From a virus (Duplodnaviria > Caudoviricetes), in IMG/VR virus record IMGVR_UViG_3300031886_000005, positions 1 through 53,398 of that record: DNA of 53,398 bases. One strand, written 5' to 3'. This document shows, piece by piece, positions 16,510 through 23,844 of the stretch. Below the pieces are notes generated by a model. The model saw only the letters and a program-made list of their open reading frames with translations, was not told the DNA's origin and ran no database searches. The number at the start of each line of letters is the position of its first letter. Position 1 is the first letter of the stretch. The translations under genes and the position numbers were made by a program.

Positions 16510-17006
16510 ACATTAGACTGAGGAATGATCGTGGTGTAATACACCGTGACCTTAAGACGGCTGTCTTAATACTGTGCACACTGGCACTGGCAGCAGTATC
16601 ACAGGCACAGGCACTGACAGAGGAGCAGGCCATAGTGGCTAAGACTCTGCTAGGTGAGGCACGTGGCGAAGGCTACGCAGGTATGTATGCAGTCGGCTGT
16701 GTCATAGCAGCTCGCAGCATAGGTAAGAAACCTAAAGACATATGTCTTAAGAACAACGGGAAAGTGTGGCAATTTTCCTGTTGGAATCCAGCTGATCCAA
16801 ACTTCAAACAACTTCACATTCTACTCAAGACACACCCACTAGCACGCAAGGCGAAGCTGATCGCAGTACATTTGCACGCACTAGACAGGTCATATGTCGG
16901 GCACGCAGATCACTATGCACATGAGAGTGTAGATAATTACTGGACTCGCAAGCTCAAGCACGTGGGGACAGTAGGCAACCATAAGTTCTATCGAAAGGAT
17001 AAGTGA
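16506..17006 (+). CDS. Cell wall hydrolase, SleB/Hydrolase_2 family, with signal peptide
   Basis: AKTLLGEARGEG...AVGCVI...QFSCWN...ADHY...VGNHKFY. Signal peptide ends SQAQA. Start placed at the ATGA overlap. Confidence 0.88.
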   Translation: MNIRLRNDRGVIHRDLKTAVLILCTLALAAVSQAQALTEEQAIVAKTLLGEARGEGYAGMYAVGCVIAARSIGKKPKDICLKNNGKVWQFSCWNPADPNFKQLHILLKTHPLARKAKLIAVHLHALDRSYVGHADHYAHESVDNYWTRKLKHVGTVGNHKFYRKDK

Positions 17007-17254
17007 TGATAGTAGAAATAAGAATACAACTAGGAAGCATGGAACCAACCGAGGAAAACATTAGGCAGTCATTCGACAAGCTCATGGCTGCTATGTGGCT
17101 GAATAAAGTGCGTAAAGGCGGGGACTTCTGCCGAGTGATAGACGGTGAGCTTAACGATGAGGCCACGCTTGAGCTGAGGGTGGGTGCACATGCTCGTCAA
17201 GAATTTCTTAAGACGGGTGTCTTAAGGGAACAACAACGAAATAAGGAGATATAA
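17003..17254 (+). CDS. Hypothetical protein
   Basis: 83 aa, coupled to the hydrolase stop. Confidence 0.55.
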   Translation: MMIVEIRIQLGSMEPTEENIRQSFDKLMAAMWLNKVRKGGDFCRVIDGELNDEATLELRVGAHARQEFLKTGVLREQQRNKEI

Positions 17255-17256
17255 AC

Positions 17257-17682
17257 ATGAATAAAGATTGGAAAACTAAATGGACTGAAGCACTGCGCTC
17301 CGGTGAATACGAACAAGCTGAAGGCAGGCTACACGTTAAGCCTGCTGGAGATGTAGTTGGAGGGCACTGTTGCCTTGGTGTTCTGACTGACGTGTACTGT
17401 AAGGAAACTGGCAGAACGTGGGAGGAAGTCCTTGGTGACCGCAGCGTGCACACCGTGGCGTATCTGCCTTACGAGGTGTCAACTGCAGTTGAGTTCACTG
17501 ATGGAGAGCTAGACCTACACGGTACGGATGGCGTTGACGTAGTCATATGCCCTGAGGCAGATGAACTGAAGGGTGCGCTTGACCACTCCACTGCTTCAGC
17601 CGTCAATGACAACTACAAAAGAGGCCATACGGGGCACGGCTCATTCAATGACATAGCAGATGCCATTGAGGAGAACCTGTAA
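17257..17682 (+). CDS. Conserved phage hypothetical protein
   Basis: WTEALRSGEYEQ...HCCLGVL...ND...SFNDIADAIE motif set. AAGGAG RBS. Confidence 0.8.
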   Translation: MNKDWKTKWTEALRSGEYEQAEGRLHVKPAGDVVGGHCCLGVLTDVYCKETGRTWEEVLGDRSVHTVAYLPYEVSTAVEFTDGELDLHGTDGVDVVICPEADELKGALDHSTASAVNDNYKRGHTGHGSFNDIADAIEENL

Positions 17683-17757
17683 TAGGTGAGTGACTTTTCT
17701 TAAGACGAGTGTCTTAAGGTAACAACAACAACAAACAAACATAGAAGGAGAATAGAT

Positions 17758-18807
17758 ATGTTAGAAACGATAGCAACTACACTGGGCGAGAAGCCTAAGA
17801 ACAGTGAGATCAAGACAGCACGTGATCTCATTAGCAACTCCAACATGAACTGGCGTACCTACTTTGAGAAGGTAGGATACTACAACAGTGACACTCATAG
17901 CACGGATCAGTGGGGCGAGACGCACCATAACGATGAGCCTTGTGGTGAGTGGCTGGAGTATGAGAGCCAGCGCATGGTGCTACGCAGTGACACACGTGTA
18001 CCGTTGGGCATGGTAGGCCCGTCATTCACGGAGATAGATAACATCGTAGCGTTTGGAATAGCAGACCCTATCATCGCTCAAGGCGGTGAGTTCATGGGGT
18101 GTGGTGAGTATGAGTACGGTGCACTGGCATGGGTGCAGGTTAAGATGCCTATTGAACCAGCAGACGTGGTCAATGGTGACACTGTCATGCCTTACCTGCT
18201 GATAGTGACCGGACACACAGGCAACCGAAGCCTCACCTATAAGATGACTACCATTAGGGTGGTGTGTAAGAACACACTATATGCTGCGCTCAGAGGGCAG
18301 ACTAAGCAGAGTGGAACCATCAGGCACAGTGGTGACACTGATGCCAAGGCTAAGGTGGCATCTGCTTTGCTTGAGAAGCACCGCATATTCTTCAACGATA
18401 CCGTTGGTATCTTTCAAAAATTCGCAACCACTACCATCAAGCAGCCAACAGTGGAGCGATACTTCAAGACCATCGCAAAGGTGGAACCCAAACACTACAA
18501 GGACGGCGTGCTGATAGGCAGGCCAGCCTCTATGTATGATAGGTACATGACTACGTACCACGGTGACAGGCATGGTGCACACATAGGCAGAGGCACACTG
18601 TGGGGTGCGTACAATGCAGTAACAGCAGTGCAAGACCACGACATGGTGGAAGAGAAGCGCAAGGTTTCTCCGACATCAACCAAGAGTGCGAAGGATCGTG
18701 CTGCGTTTCAATACTTCGAGGCTAGTCCCCGCATCAGTCAAGATGCGTTCGACCTAGCACTTGAGTTCACAGCAGGCAAGGGCGAGCTAGTCAGTGCCAA
18801 CAACTAA
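17758..18807 (+). CDS. DUF932/DUF945 family phage/plasmid protein
   Basis: LRSDT..PLGMVG, YLLIVTGHTG, TTIRVVCKNTL, IRHSG, GTLWGAYNAVT...DH. Confidence 0.88.
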   Translation: MLETIATTLGEKPKNSEIKTARDLISNSNMNWRTYFEKVGYYNSDTHSTDQWGETHHNDEPCGEWLEYESQRMVLRSDTRVPLGMVGPSFTEIDNIVAFGIADPIIAQGGEFMGCGEYEYGALAWVQVKMPIEPADVVNGDTVMPYLLIVTGHTGNRSLTYKMTTIRVVCKNTLYAALRGQTKQSGTIRHSGDTDAKAKVASALLEKHRIFFNDTVGIFQKFATTTIKQPTVERYFKTIAKVEPKHYKDGVLIGRPASMYDRYMTTYHGDRHGAHIGRGTLWGAYNAVTAVQDHDMVEEKRKVSPTSTKSAKDRAAFQYFEASPRISQDAFDLALEFTAGKGELVSANN

Positions 18808-18833
18808 TTCTTAAGACGAGTGTCTTAAGATAG

Positions 18834-18857
18834 GGGGGAGCGAGTGCTCCCCCTTTT
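18834..18857 (+). terminator. Intrinsic terminator-like hairpin upstream of the Cas7-like gene
   Basis: GGGGGAGC-GAGT-GCTCCCCC-TTTT directly after the palindrome at 18810. Confidence 0.65.
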
Positions 18858-18897
18858 CTATACTAAACAAACAAACAAACAATAGGAGAAACATATC

Positions 18898-19701
18898 ATG
18901 GCAACAGCAACTAAGAACAGTAAGAAGAATAGCACACCGGATAAACGAATCAACATCCTTAACCGCACGTGGTGGGACTTGAATGCCACTGTAGCAGGCA
19001 GGGTACGCCTCGTGCCTCGCGCTATGGATCAGAAGGTATCTGACGACATAGCTAAGAAGCAGGCTAAGGTAGCAACCAAGTCAACGAAGGACACGGCACG
19101 TGACTTCATTGATGAAGCATACAGTGGGTTGTATAGATTCGAGAAGACCATCACCGATGAGGACACTGGTGAGGAGATAACAATGGGAGCACCTTGCGAG
19201 GGTACCATCTATGGTATCAAGGCAGTGGCACTCAAGAAGGCAATCGTTCGCCCCTTCAAGACGATAGATAAATACTCAATGCAAGATGCAAAGGGTGGCT
19301 TCCATATTGAGGGAGCAGCTAAGTGTTGGAGAGGCAAGGACGACCTCATCCCTATCATCGCTGACCCAGTCAAGCAACTCAGCTACACCGAGAGGGAGGT
19401 AGCCAAGATGCTGGACATGACAACGAAGGAGATGGAAGAGGCCATGCATGAGGCGCACAAGTATGGTGCCAATATGCGTGACGATATAGTACGCATCCAA
19501 TCGGGTGCATCTATCCCTAGGTACAGGATGGAGTTCAACACATGGAAGATTCCATTTGTTGTCAGCTTCAACAAGGACTGGGTCAGTGAAGAGATACTGG
19601 TCAACGCCATTGATAGGGCGGGCATGGAGGTAGGACTCTGTGAGAATAGGCCGGAGAAATCCGGAGATAACTGGGGAACATTCCAGTTAGTAACCAAGTA
19701 A
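18898..19701 (+). CDS. Stand-alone Cas7/RAMP-like RNA-binding protein, putative effector of the adjacent GGY-NN array
   Basis: RRM-like layout: first strand DLNATVAG, YGIKAVALKKAI (cf. RAMP IPGSSLKGAL), PRYRMEFNTWKIPFVV, and C-terminal glycine-loop AGMEVGLCENRPEKSGDNWGTFQL. AGGAG RBS. Fold call is by eye. Confidence 0.65.
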   Translation: MATATKNSKKNSTPDKRINILNRTWWDLNATVAGRVRLVPRAMDQKVSDDIAKKQAKVATKSTKDTARDFIDEAYSGLYRFEKTITDEDTGEEITMGAPCEGTIYGIKAVALKKAIVRPFKTIDKYSMQDAKGGFHIEGAAKCWRGKDDLIPIIADPVKQLSYTEREVAKMLDMTTKEMEEAMHEAHKYGANMRDDIVRIQSGASIPRYRMEFNTWKIPFVVSFNKDWVSEEILVNAIDRAGMEVGLCENRPEKSGDNWGTFQLVTK

Positions 19702-19727
19702 CAACAACAATAAAGGAAACATATATT

Positions 19728-20261
19728 ATGAAGTTCGATGTAGTAAGAAGAGAGGGTCGCGGCGGTCAACGCCTCGACGAAGGCAACGCAGGTGAAATGT
19801 ACAAGAGACTAGCCGAGATGTACGAAGAGAACGGTGAGTCCCTTCGTGCAGAGGACATAGTCACTGAGGCAGAGGACAGTGATAGTCCCTTCCATGAATG
19901 GTTCGAGTGGGATGACAGCGCGGCAGCGCGTATGCACAGGCTGAAGCAGGCCCGTGATCTCATTGGATCAGTAGATATAGTTAGGAAGGACGACCCTCGT
20001 GTTGATAGTGATGGTCGTATCCGTGCATTCGTTAACATCACACGCAATGTGGTGGATGACGATGGCAACGAGTCAGTGGAGAGGACGTATGTCCCCACTG
20101 TTAGGGCGATGGAAGATGAAGAACAGCGAGAGCTAATGCTTAAGCAGGCTATGGCTGACTTCAAGAATCTCGAACGCAAGTATGGTGCACTCAATGAGTT
20201 GGCTACCATCTTCGAGACTGTCGCTGATGTGAGAGAGACGCTTATTGTGACTGTTGAATAA
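19728..20261 (+). CDS. Conserved hypothetical protein linked to the Cas7-like gene and array
   Basis: 177 aa, motif IVTEAEDSDSPFHEWFEWDDSAAARMHRLKQARDLIGSV...RAFVN...Y. Own RBS (AAAGGA). Confidence 0.8.
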   Translation: MKFDVVRREGRGGQRLDEGNAGEMYKRLAEMYEENGESLRAEDIVTEAEDSDSPFHEWFEWDDSAAARMHRLKQARDLIGSVDIVRKDDPRVDSDGRIRAFVNITRNVVDDDGNESVERTYVPTVRAMEDEEQRELMLKQAMADFKNLERKYGALNELATIFETVADVRETLIVTVE

Positions 20262-20313
20262 CGGTCACCTTCATCCCCATCTTAAGACGCTTGTCTTAAG
20301 GTGGGGCTCCTTG

Positions 20314-20959
20314 TACGTGGCGTGGCTGACATAGAGGGGAGCGGTGAGGTGGGGAGCGCAACGGTAAGGCAAGGTGGTGCAAGGCAGGGCGGTACACGGC
20401 TAGACGAGGTGAGGCGAGCTGTGACATGGCAGTGCGTGGATTGGTCGGGCGGTACATGGCAAAATCTGACGAGGACAGGCAAGGCTAGGCACGGACGGGC
20501 GTGGCGGTACATGGTATGACAAGGCAGAGCAGGACAGACCCAGTATTGGTGTGGAATGGACACGGCAAGGCAGACAAGGTTCGGAGGGGTTGGGCTCGGA
20601 ATGGCAGAGACGGGCGCGGTGAGGCGGTACAAGGTAAGGCTCGGCCGGGTCGGACATGGTTTGGAGGGGCGGTACGTGGAAAGGCGAGACCCCGTGTGGT
20701 TTGGCATGGCAAGGTATGGTTCGGCGGTACGTGGTAAGGCGAAGCGTGAACTGGCTAGGACAGGCTGGGAGAGGCGGTACATGGAGAGGTAAGGCGCGGC
20801 CCGGACAGGCGAGGTGCAGCTTGGCGTGGCGTGGCGGTACGTGGTTAGGCAAGGCTGGATTCGGACAGGCAAGGCTCGGCGGTAAACGGTTGGGCAGGGC
20901 TGGTCTCGGCCCGAAACGGTTGGGCAGGGTACATGGAATGGCGGTACAAGGTGAGGTCA
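20314..20959 (+). repeat. Non-coding pentamer-periodic (GGY-NN)n array divided by GGCGGTAC, putative guide-RNA array
   Basis: GGCGGTAC at 20388, 20448, 20503, 20623, 20668, 20723, 20773, 20833, 20940 and GGCGGTAA at 20878. Spacings are 60, 55, 120, 45, 55, 50, 60, 45 (all multiples of 5), then 62. Between them GGC/GGT/GGA/GAC triplets alternate with variable dinucleotides. Confidence 0.9.
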
Positions 20960-20987
20960 ACATAAACAACAAACAAGAAGGAGAAAT

Positions 20988-21170
20988 ATGGATAAATGGA
21001 AAGCATGGTTCAAGGTTCACAACGACCCGTTGTGGTACACATCATCAGCCCGATTCCTCACTGAGGAAGCAGCAACCGAGCACGCTCGCGGCAAGTTCAA
21101 CACATGGACTCAAGCGGATAGCTGGATAGTTGTGAAGGTTGGCTTCAACCCTAATGAGGAGGAGGTATGA
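20988..21170 (+). CDS. Hypothetical protein
   Basis: 60 aa with AAGGAG RBS after the array. Confidence 0.7.
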   Translation: MDKWKAWFKVHNDPLWYTSSARFLTEEAATEHARGKFNTWTQADSWIVVKVGFNPNEEEV

Positions 21171-21364
21171 GCAGGGTGCTACTGGGAACTGATCCAAGAC
21201 TAATCATATACCACCACCTAGATCAGTGGTGGGTATATTACAAGGTGAACGAGGGAACACTCAGCATCGATGAGTACATCTTCGACACGTTCGAGGATGT
21301 GAGCAGATGGGTAGAGAATATCTACCCCGAACTAGAAGAAGAAAGAGTAAGGAGGGCTAAATGA
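21167..21364 (+). CDS. Hypothetical protein
   Basis: 65 aa, GGAGG RBS, ATGA overlap. Confidence 0.65.
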   Translation: MSRVLLGTDPRLIIYHHLDQWWVYYKVNEGTLSIDEYIFDTFEDVSRWVENIYPELEEERVRRAK

Positions 21365-21816
21365 TACACAACCTAAAGGACTTCATGGAAGCGAGGAGCT
21401 TCGGTGAAGAATCGTTCAAGGACATCGAGCGCAACACCTACAAGTACACCGACTGTGGTGCTTGGATACAGGAGAAGACAGAGGACAGGGTTGACTATGA
21501 GTCTCCGCATATAGAGGAGTTCAACGATGCCCCAACCTACAAACATCACACCGGACTGACAGTTGGTTCCATTGTCGAAGGCGTGGACTATGACTGCGAC
21601 CCTGTCACCGTTACTTATCCGTTTGAAATGGATGAGTTTTGGAAGGCGGTGAAGGCAGTCGAAGACCAAGCCAACGAGATATGGAAGGACACCCACGGGT
21701 GCGACAAGTGCTGGAAAGAACCAGTGCCAAACCAATGGGGCGACGAGGTTGAGTTCGGTGCTTGGCCTATCAACGAAGAGTGCAAGACCTGTAAAGGGGA
21801 AGGCACAATCATATAA
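21361..21816 (+). CDS. Hypothetical protein with C-terminal CxxC pairs
   Basis: 151 aa. YKYTDCGAW, VGSIVEG, CDKC...CKTCKGEG. Confidence 0.75.
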   Translation: MIHNLKDFMEARSFGEESFKDIERNTYKYTDCGAWIQEKTEDRVDYESPHIEEFNDAPTYKHHTGLTVGSIVEGVDYDCDPVTVTYPFEMDEFWKAVKAVEDQANEIWKDTHGCDKCWKEPVPNQWGDEVEFGAWPINEECKTCKGEGTII

Positions 21817-21828
21817 AAGAAGGAGAAC

Positions 21829-22164
21829 ATGAAGAGACCTAAGAAACCGTGGAGATTTTGGCTCCACTATAACAAGCCCATGTCACGCAAGACAGAGGTG
21901 CCAGTGTGGACAATACACTGGAAGGATGTGTGCTACCAAGCATACAACATCACCGTGCGTGCATGGACTGAAACACACGAGCGCAACTCCCAACCCCACG
22001 CTGTCATACGTGGGTGGGCATGGCAGCTCGAATTGGTTGGCCCTCAACCCGAGGGATGTAACCTGTATGCACATGCATATGTGCACGCACCTACATCACA
22101 CGGGGGAGAGCTAAGAACAGAAGATTGGGACGGTGACGGTACCCCACTCTTCCATAATCCGTAA
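21829..22164 (+). CDS. Hypothetical protein
   Basis: 111 aa, AAGGAG RBS, FWLHYNKP...WTIHW...QPHAVIRG. Confidence 0.7.
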   Translation: MKRPKKPWRFWLHYNKPMSRKTEVPVWTIHWKDVCYQAYNITVRAWTETHERNSQPHAVIRGWAWQLELVGPQPEGCNLYAHAYVHAPTSHGGELRTEDWDGDGTPLFHNP

Positions 22165-22265
22165 CCTGCCGCGAAGAGCTGGAAAGGAGATTAACTAGCC
22201 CTTCTGTCGGTACACAACTACCCAAGGCAGGAGACATATAACAACACAACAAAAGGAGATAAACA

Positions 22266-22943
22266 ATGGCACATATCAAAGGAAGTTATATCCTGTGGTC
22301 TAGTCTTAAGACAGTTGTCTTAATGACTGGACTACTTCGGCCATCAATCAACTCAAAGACAGGGCCGATGCCGCAAACATGGATACTAAGAAGACGATCA
22401 CCCCCGAGCGTGAGGAACAAGGGAGCTGGGTGTAAGGGATGCCCAGCTGATCCGTTCTGTTACATTAGGTGGGAGCAGGCACCTCTCTCTGTGTATAAAG
22501 CATACAAGAGGGGAGCATACGAACCGTTTGACTTTGAATCAAACGACGTGACGCTGCTCAACGGCAAGCCAATGAGAGTTGGTTCAGCTGGTGAGCCAAC
22601 CGAGATGCCAGCCCATGCTTGGCAACCCTACTTAAAGGTAGCTGGGTCATGGACTGGGTACACACACAAGTGGGCATCAGCAGGCAACCTACCATACAGG
22701 ACATTCTGTATGGCGAGCGTGCACACTGTCCATGAGATGAAGAAAGCAAACAAGCTAGGCTACCGCACCTACCGTGTAGGCCCGGAGCCAATAACCAAAG
22801 ATGAGATCATGTGCCCTCACTACACACACGGAGTGCAGTGTGTTAACTGTAAGCTGTGCATGGGATCAGCAATAAAAGCAAAGAACATATACGCACCAGC
22901 ACATGGTGCATATAGAAATAAGGTAAAGGAGATAGGCGAATGA
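22266..22943 (+). CDS. Cys-rich phage protein (gp88-like, possible Fe-S/radical-SAM-related)
   Basis: NSKTG, CKGCP...CY, MRVGSAGEP, WTGYTHKW, MASV, CP...CVNCKLC...AHG. Confidence 0.6.
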   Translation: MAHIKGSYILWSSLKTVVLMTGLLRPSINSKTGPMPQTWILRRRSPPSVRNKGAGCKGCPADPFCYIRWEQAPLSVYKAYKRGAYEPFDFESNDVTLLNGKPMRVGSAGEPTEMPAHAWQPYLKVAGSWTGYTHKWASAGNLPYRTFCMASVHTVHEMKKANKLGYRTYRVGPEPITKDEIMCPHYTHGVQCVNCKLCMGSAIKAKNIYAPAHGAYRNKVKEIGE

Positions 22944-23323
22944 AATACATAACACATAATGATATGAACATAAGCACCCACGGGACTCATGGTTGCGGCA
23001 GGATACATGTAAGCTACGACTTGCTATGTACCCTGTTCGGTCAACCTTGGGCTGGCCGTGTAGACTACAAGTCTGATGCCGAGTGGCAGGTCGAGTTCGA
23101 GGACGGCACCGTTGCTTGCATATACAACTGGAAGAACGGGATGAACTTCCTTGGACACCGAGGCACGGCAACCCCTCTGATAACAGAATGGAATGTTGGA
23201 GCCTTCGACTCACGGGGAGTTGAACTGATCGACGAGTTGATCGAGAACCACGACAAGGTTGCCACAGTCCAAGGACACAACCTCGACCTAATGGAGGAGG
23301 CTAATGACCAAGCTCACAACTGA
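22940..23323 (+). CDS. Hypothetical phage protein
   Basis: GTHGCG...SYDLL...FGQP...KSDAEW...IYNWK...WNVG. Confidence 0.75.
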   Translation: MKYITHNDMNISTHGTHGCGRIHVSYDLLCTLFGQPWAGRVDYKSDAEWQVEFEDGTVACIYNWKNGMNFLGHRGTATPLITEWNVGAFDSRGVELIDELIENHDKVATVQGHNLDLMEEANDQAHN

Positions 23324-23528
23324 TGTAATTAGGGAAACCGAAGCAACCTTCAGAGACAAGGGAAAGGCAAGGCCCATCGTGGTTAAGCTGCATAAATGCA
23401 GGATGATGGGCGGTGCCTGCCTTGAGCTGCGTCTGAAGGGTACAAAAGGAGACGAGATGACTGTTGTAGTAAGCGTTAAGTCGCTGTATGGTAGGCATAT
23501 CTTTAAGAAACATGGATACCCCCAGTGA
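23304..23528 (+). CDS. Hypothetical protein
   Basis: 74 aa, GGAGG RBS. Confidence 0.65.
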   Translation: MTKLTTDVIRETEATFRDKGKARPIVVKLHKCRMMGGACLELRLKGTKGDEMTVVVSVKSLYGRHIFKKHGYPQ

Positions 23529-23844
23529 TACCACCTCTCGGTGCCAGCTATTAGTGGATAACTACGGGTACATACCCCAAGCTGTCCCGTTATCCGGATG
23601 GATGACAGCACTCACACCCAACAAGGCTCGGTTCTTCCACTCATTCTATGCAATGGATGGAGCACCCGACCTTGTAGGTGATGGGTTTGAGCTGGCTAAG
23701 CACCCGATGATACACGCTGCCAAGCTGGAGATGCGTGCCGACTTGAAGGACGGTGAGTGTACGATGACAACGGAAGAACTATTCAAAGCTATTGATCTGC
23801 TCGAAGGTTCGACCTTGAAATCTGACGAGCCACCTTCGACTTAA
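23488..23844 (+). CDS. Hypothetical protein (likely start ATG 23512)
   Basis: Last plus-strand ORF of the early region, converging on the giant gene. Confidence 0.5.
   Translation: MVGISLRNMDTPSDTTSRCQLLVDNYGYIPQAVPLSGWMTALTPNKARFFHSFYAMDGAPDLVGDGFELAKHPMIHAAKLEMRADLKDGECTMTTEELFKAIDLLEGSTLKSDEPPST

Larger units (their letters stand above)
14833..22324. repeat. Dispersed 20-bp palindrome CTTAAGAC-N4-GTCTTAAG, 13 copies
   Basis: Starts at 14833, 15504, 15694, 15934, 16099, 16310, 16551 (ends T), 16732 (CTAAAGAC variant), 17207, 17699, 18810, 20281, 22305 (ends T). Confidence 0.95.

Noticed and set aside
20723-20772. Array unit whose joined NN string (GTAAGAGTCTTAC...) resembles the early palindrome, suggesting self-targeting
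   Set aside because: It does not match CTTAAGAC-N4-GTCTTAAG contiguously or with uniform one-base gaps. Likely chance, though worth including in a systematic search.
20314-20959. Canonical CRISPR array
   Set aside because: The constant element is only 8 nt, the intervening sequence is itself periodic, and no cas1/cas2/cas6 was recognised.
20282-21129. Seven or more overlapping ORFs on both strands across the GGY-NN array
   Set aside because: Low-complexity G/R/A/W or P/C/L translations without RBS. They stay open because the 5-nt G-rich repeat rarely forms stop codons, and a period of 5 does not fit codon structure.
14833-22324. Palindromes as CRISPR repeats or IS/MITE ends
   Set aside because: Spacing is irregular (165 bp to 2 kb) with whole genes between copies. 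No transposase or target-site duplications seen.
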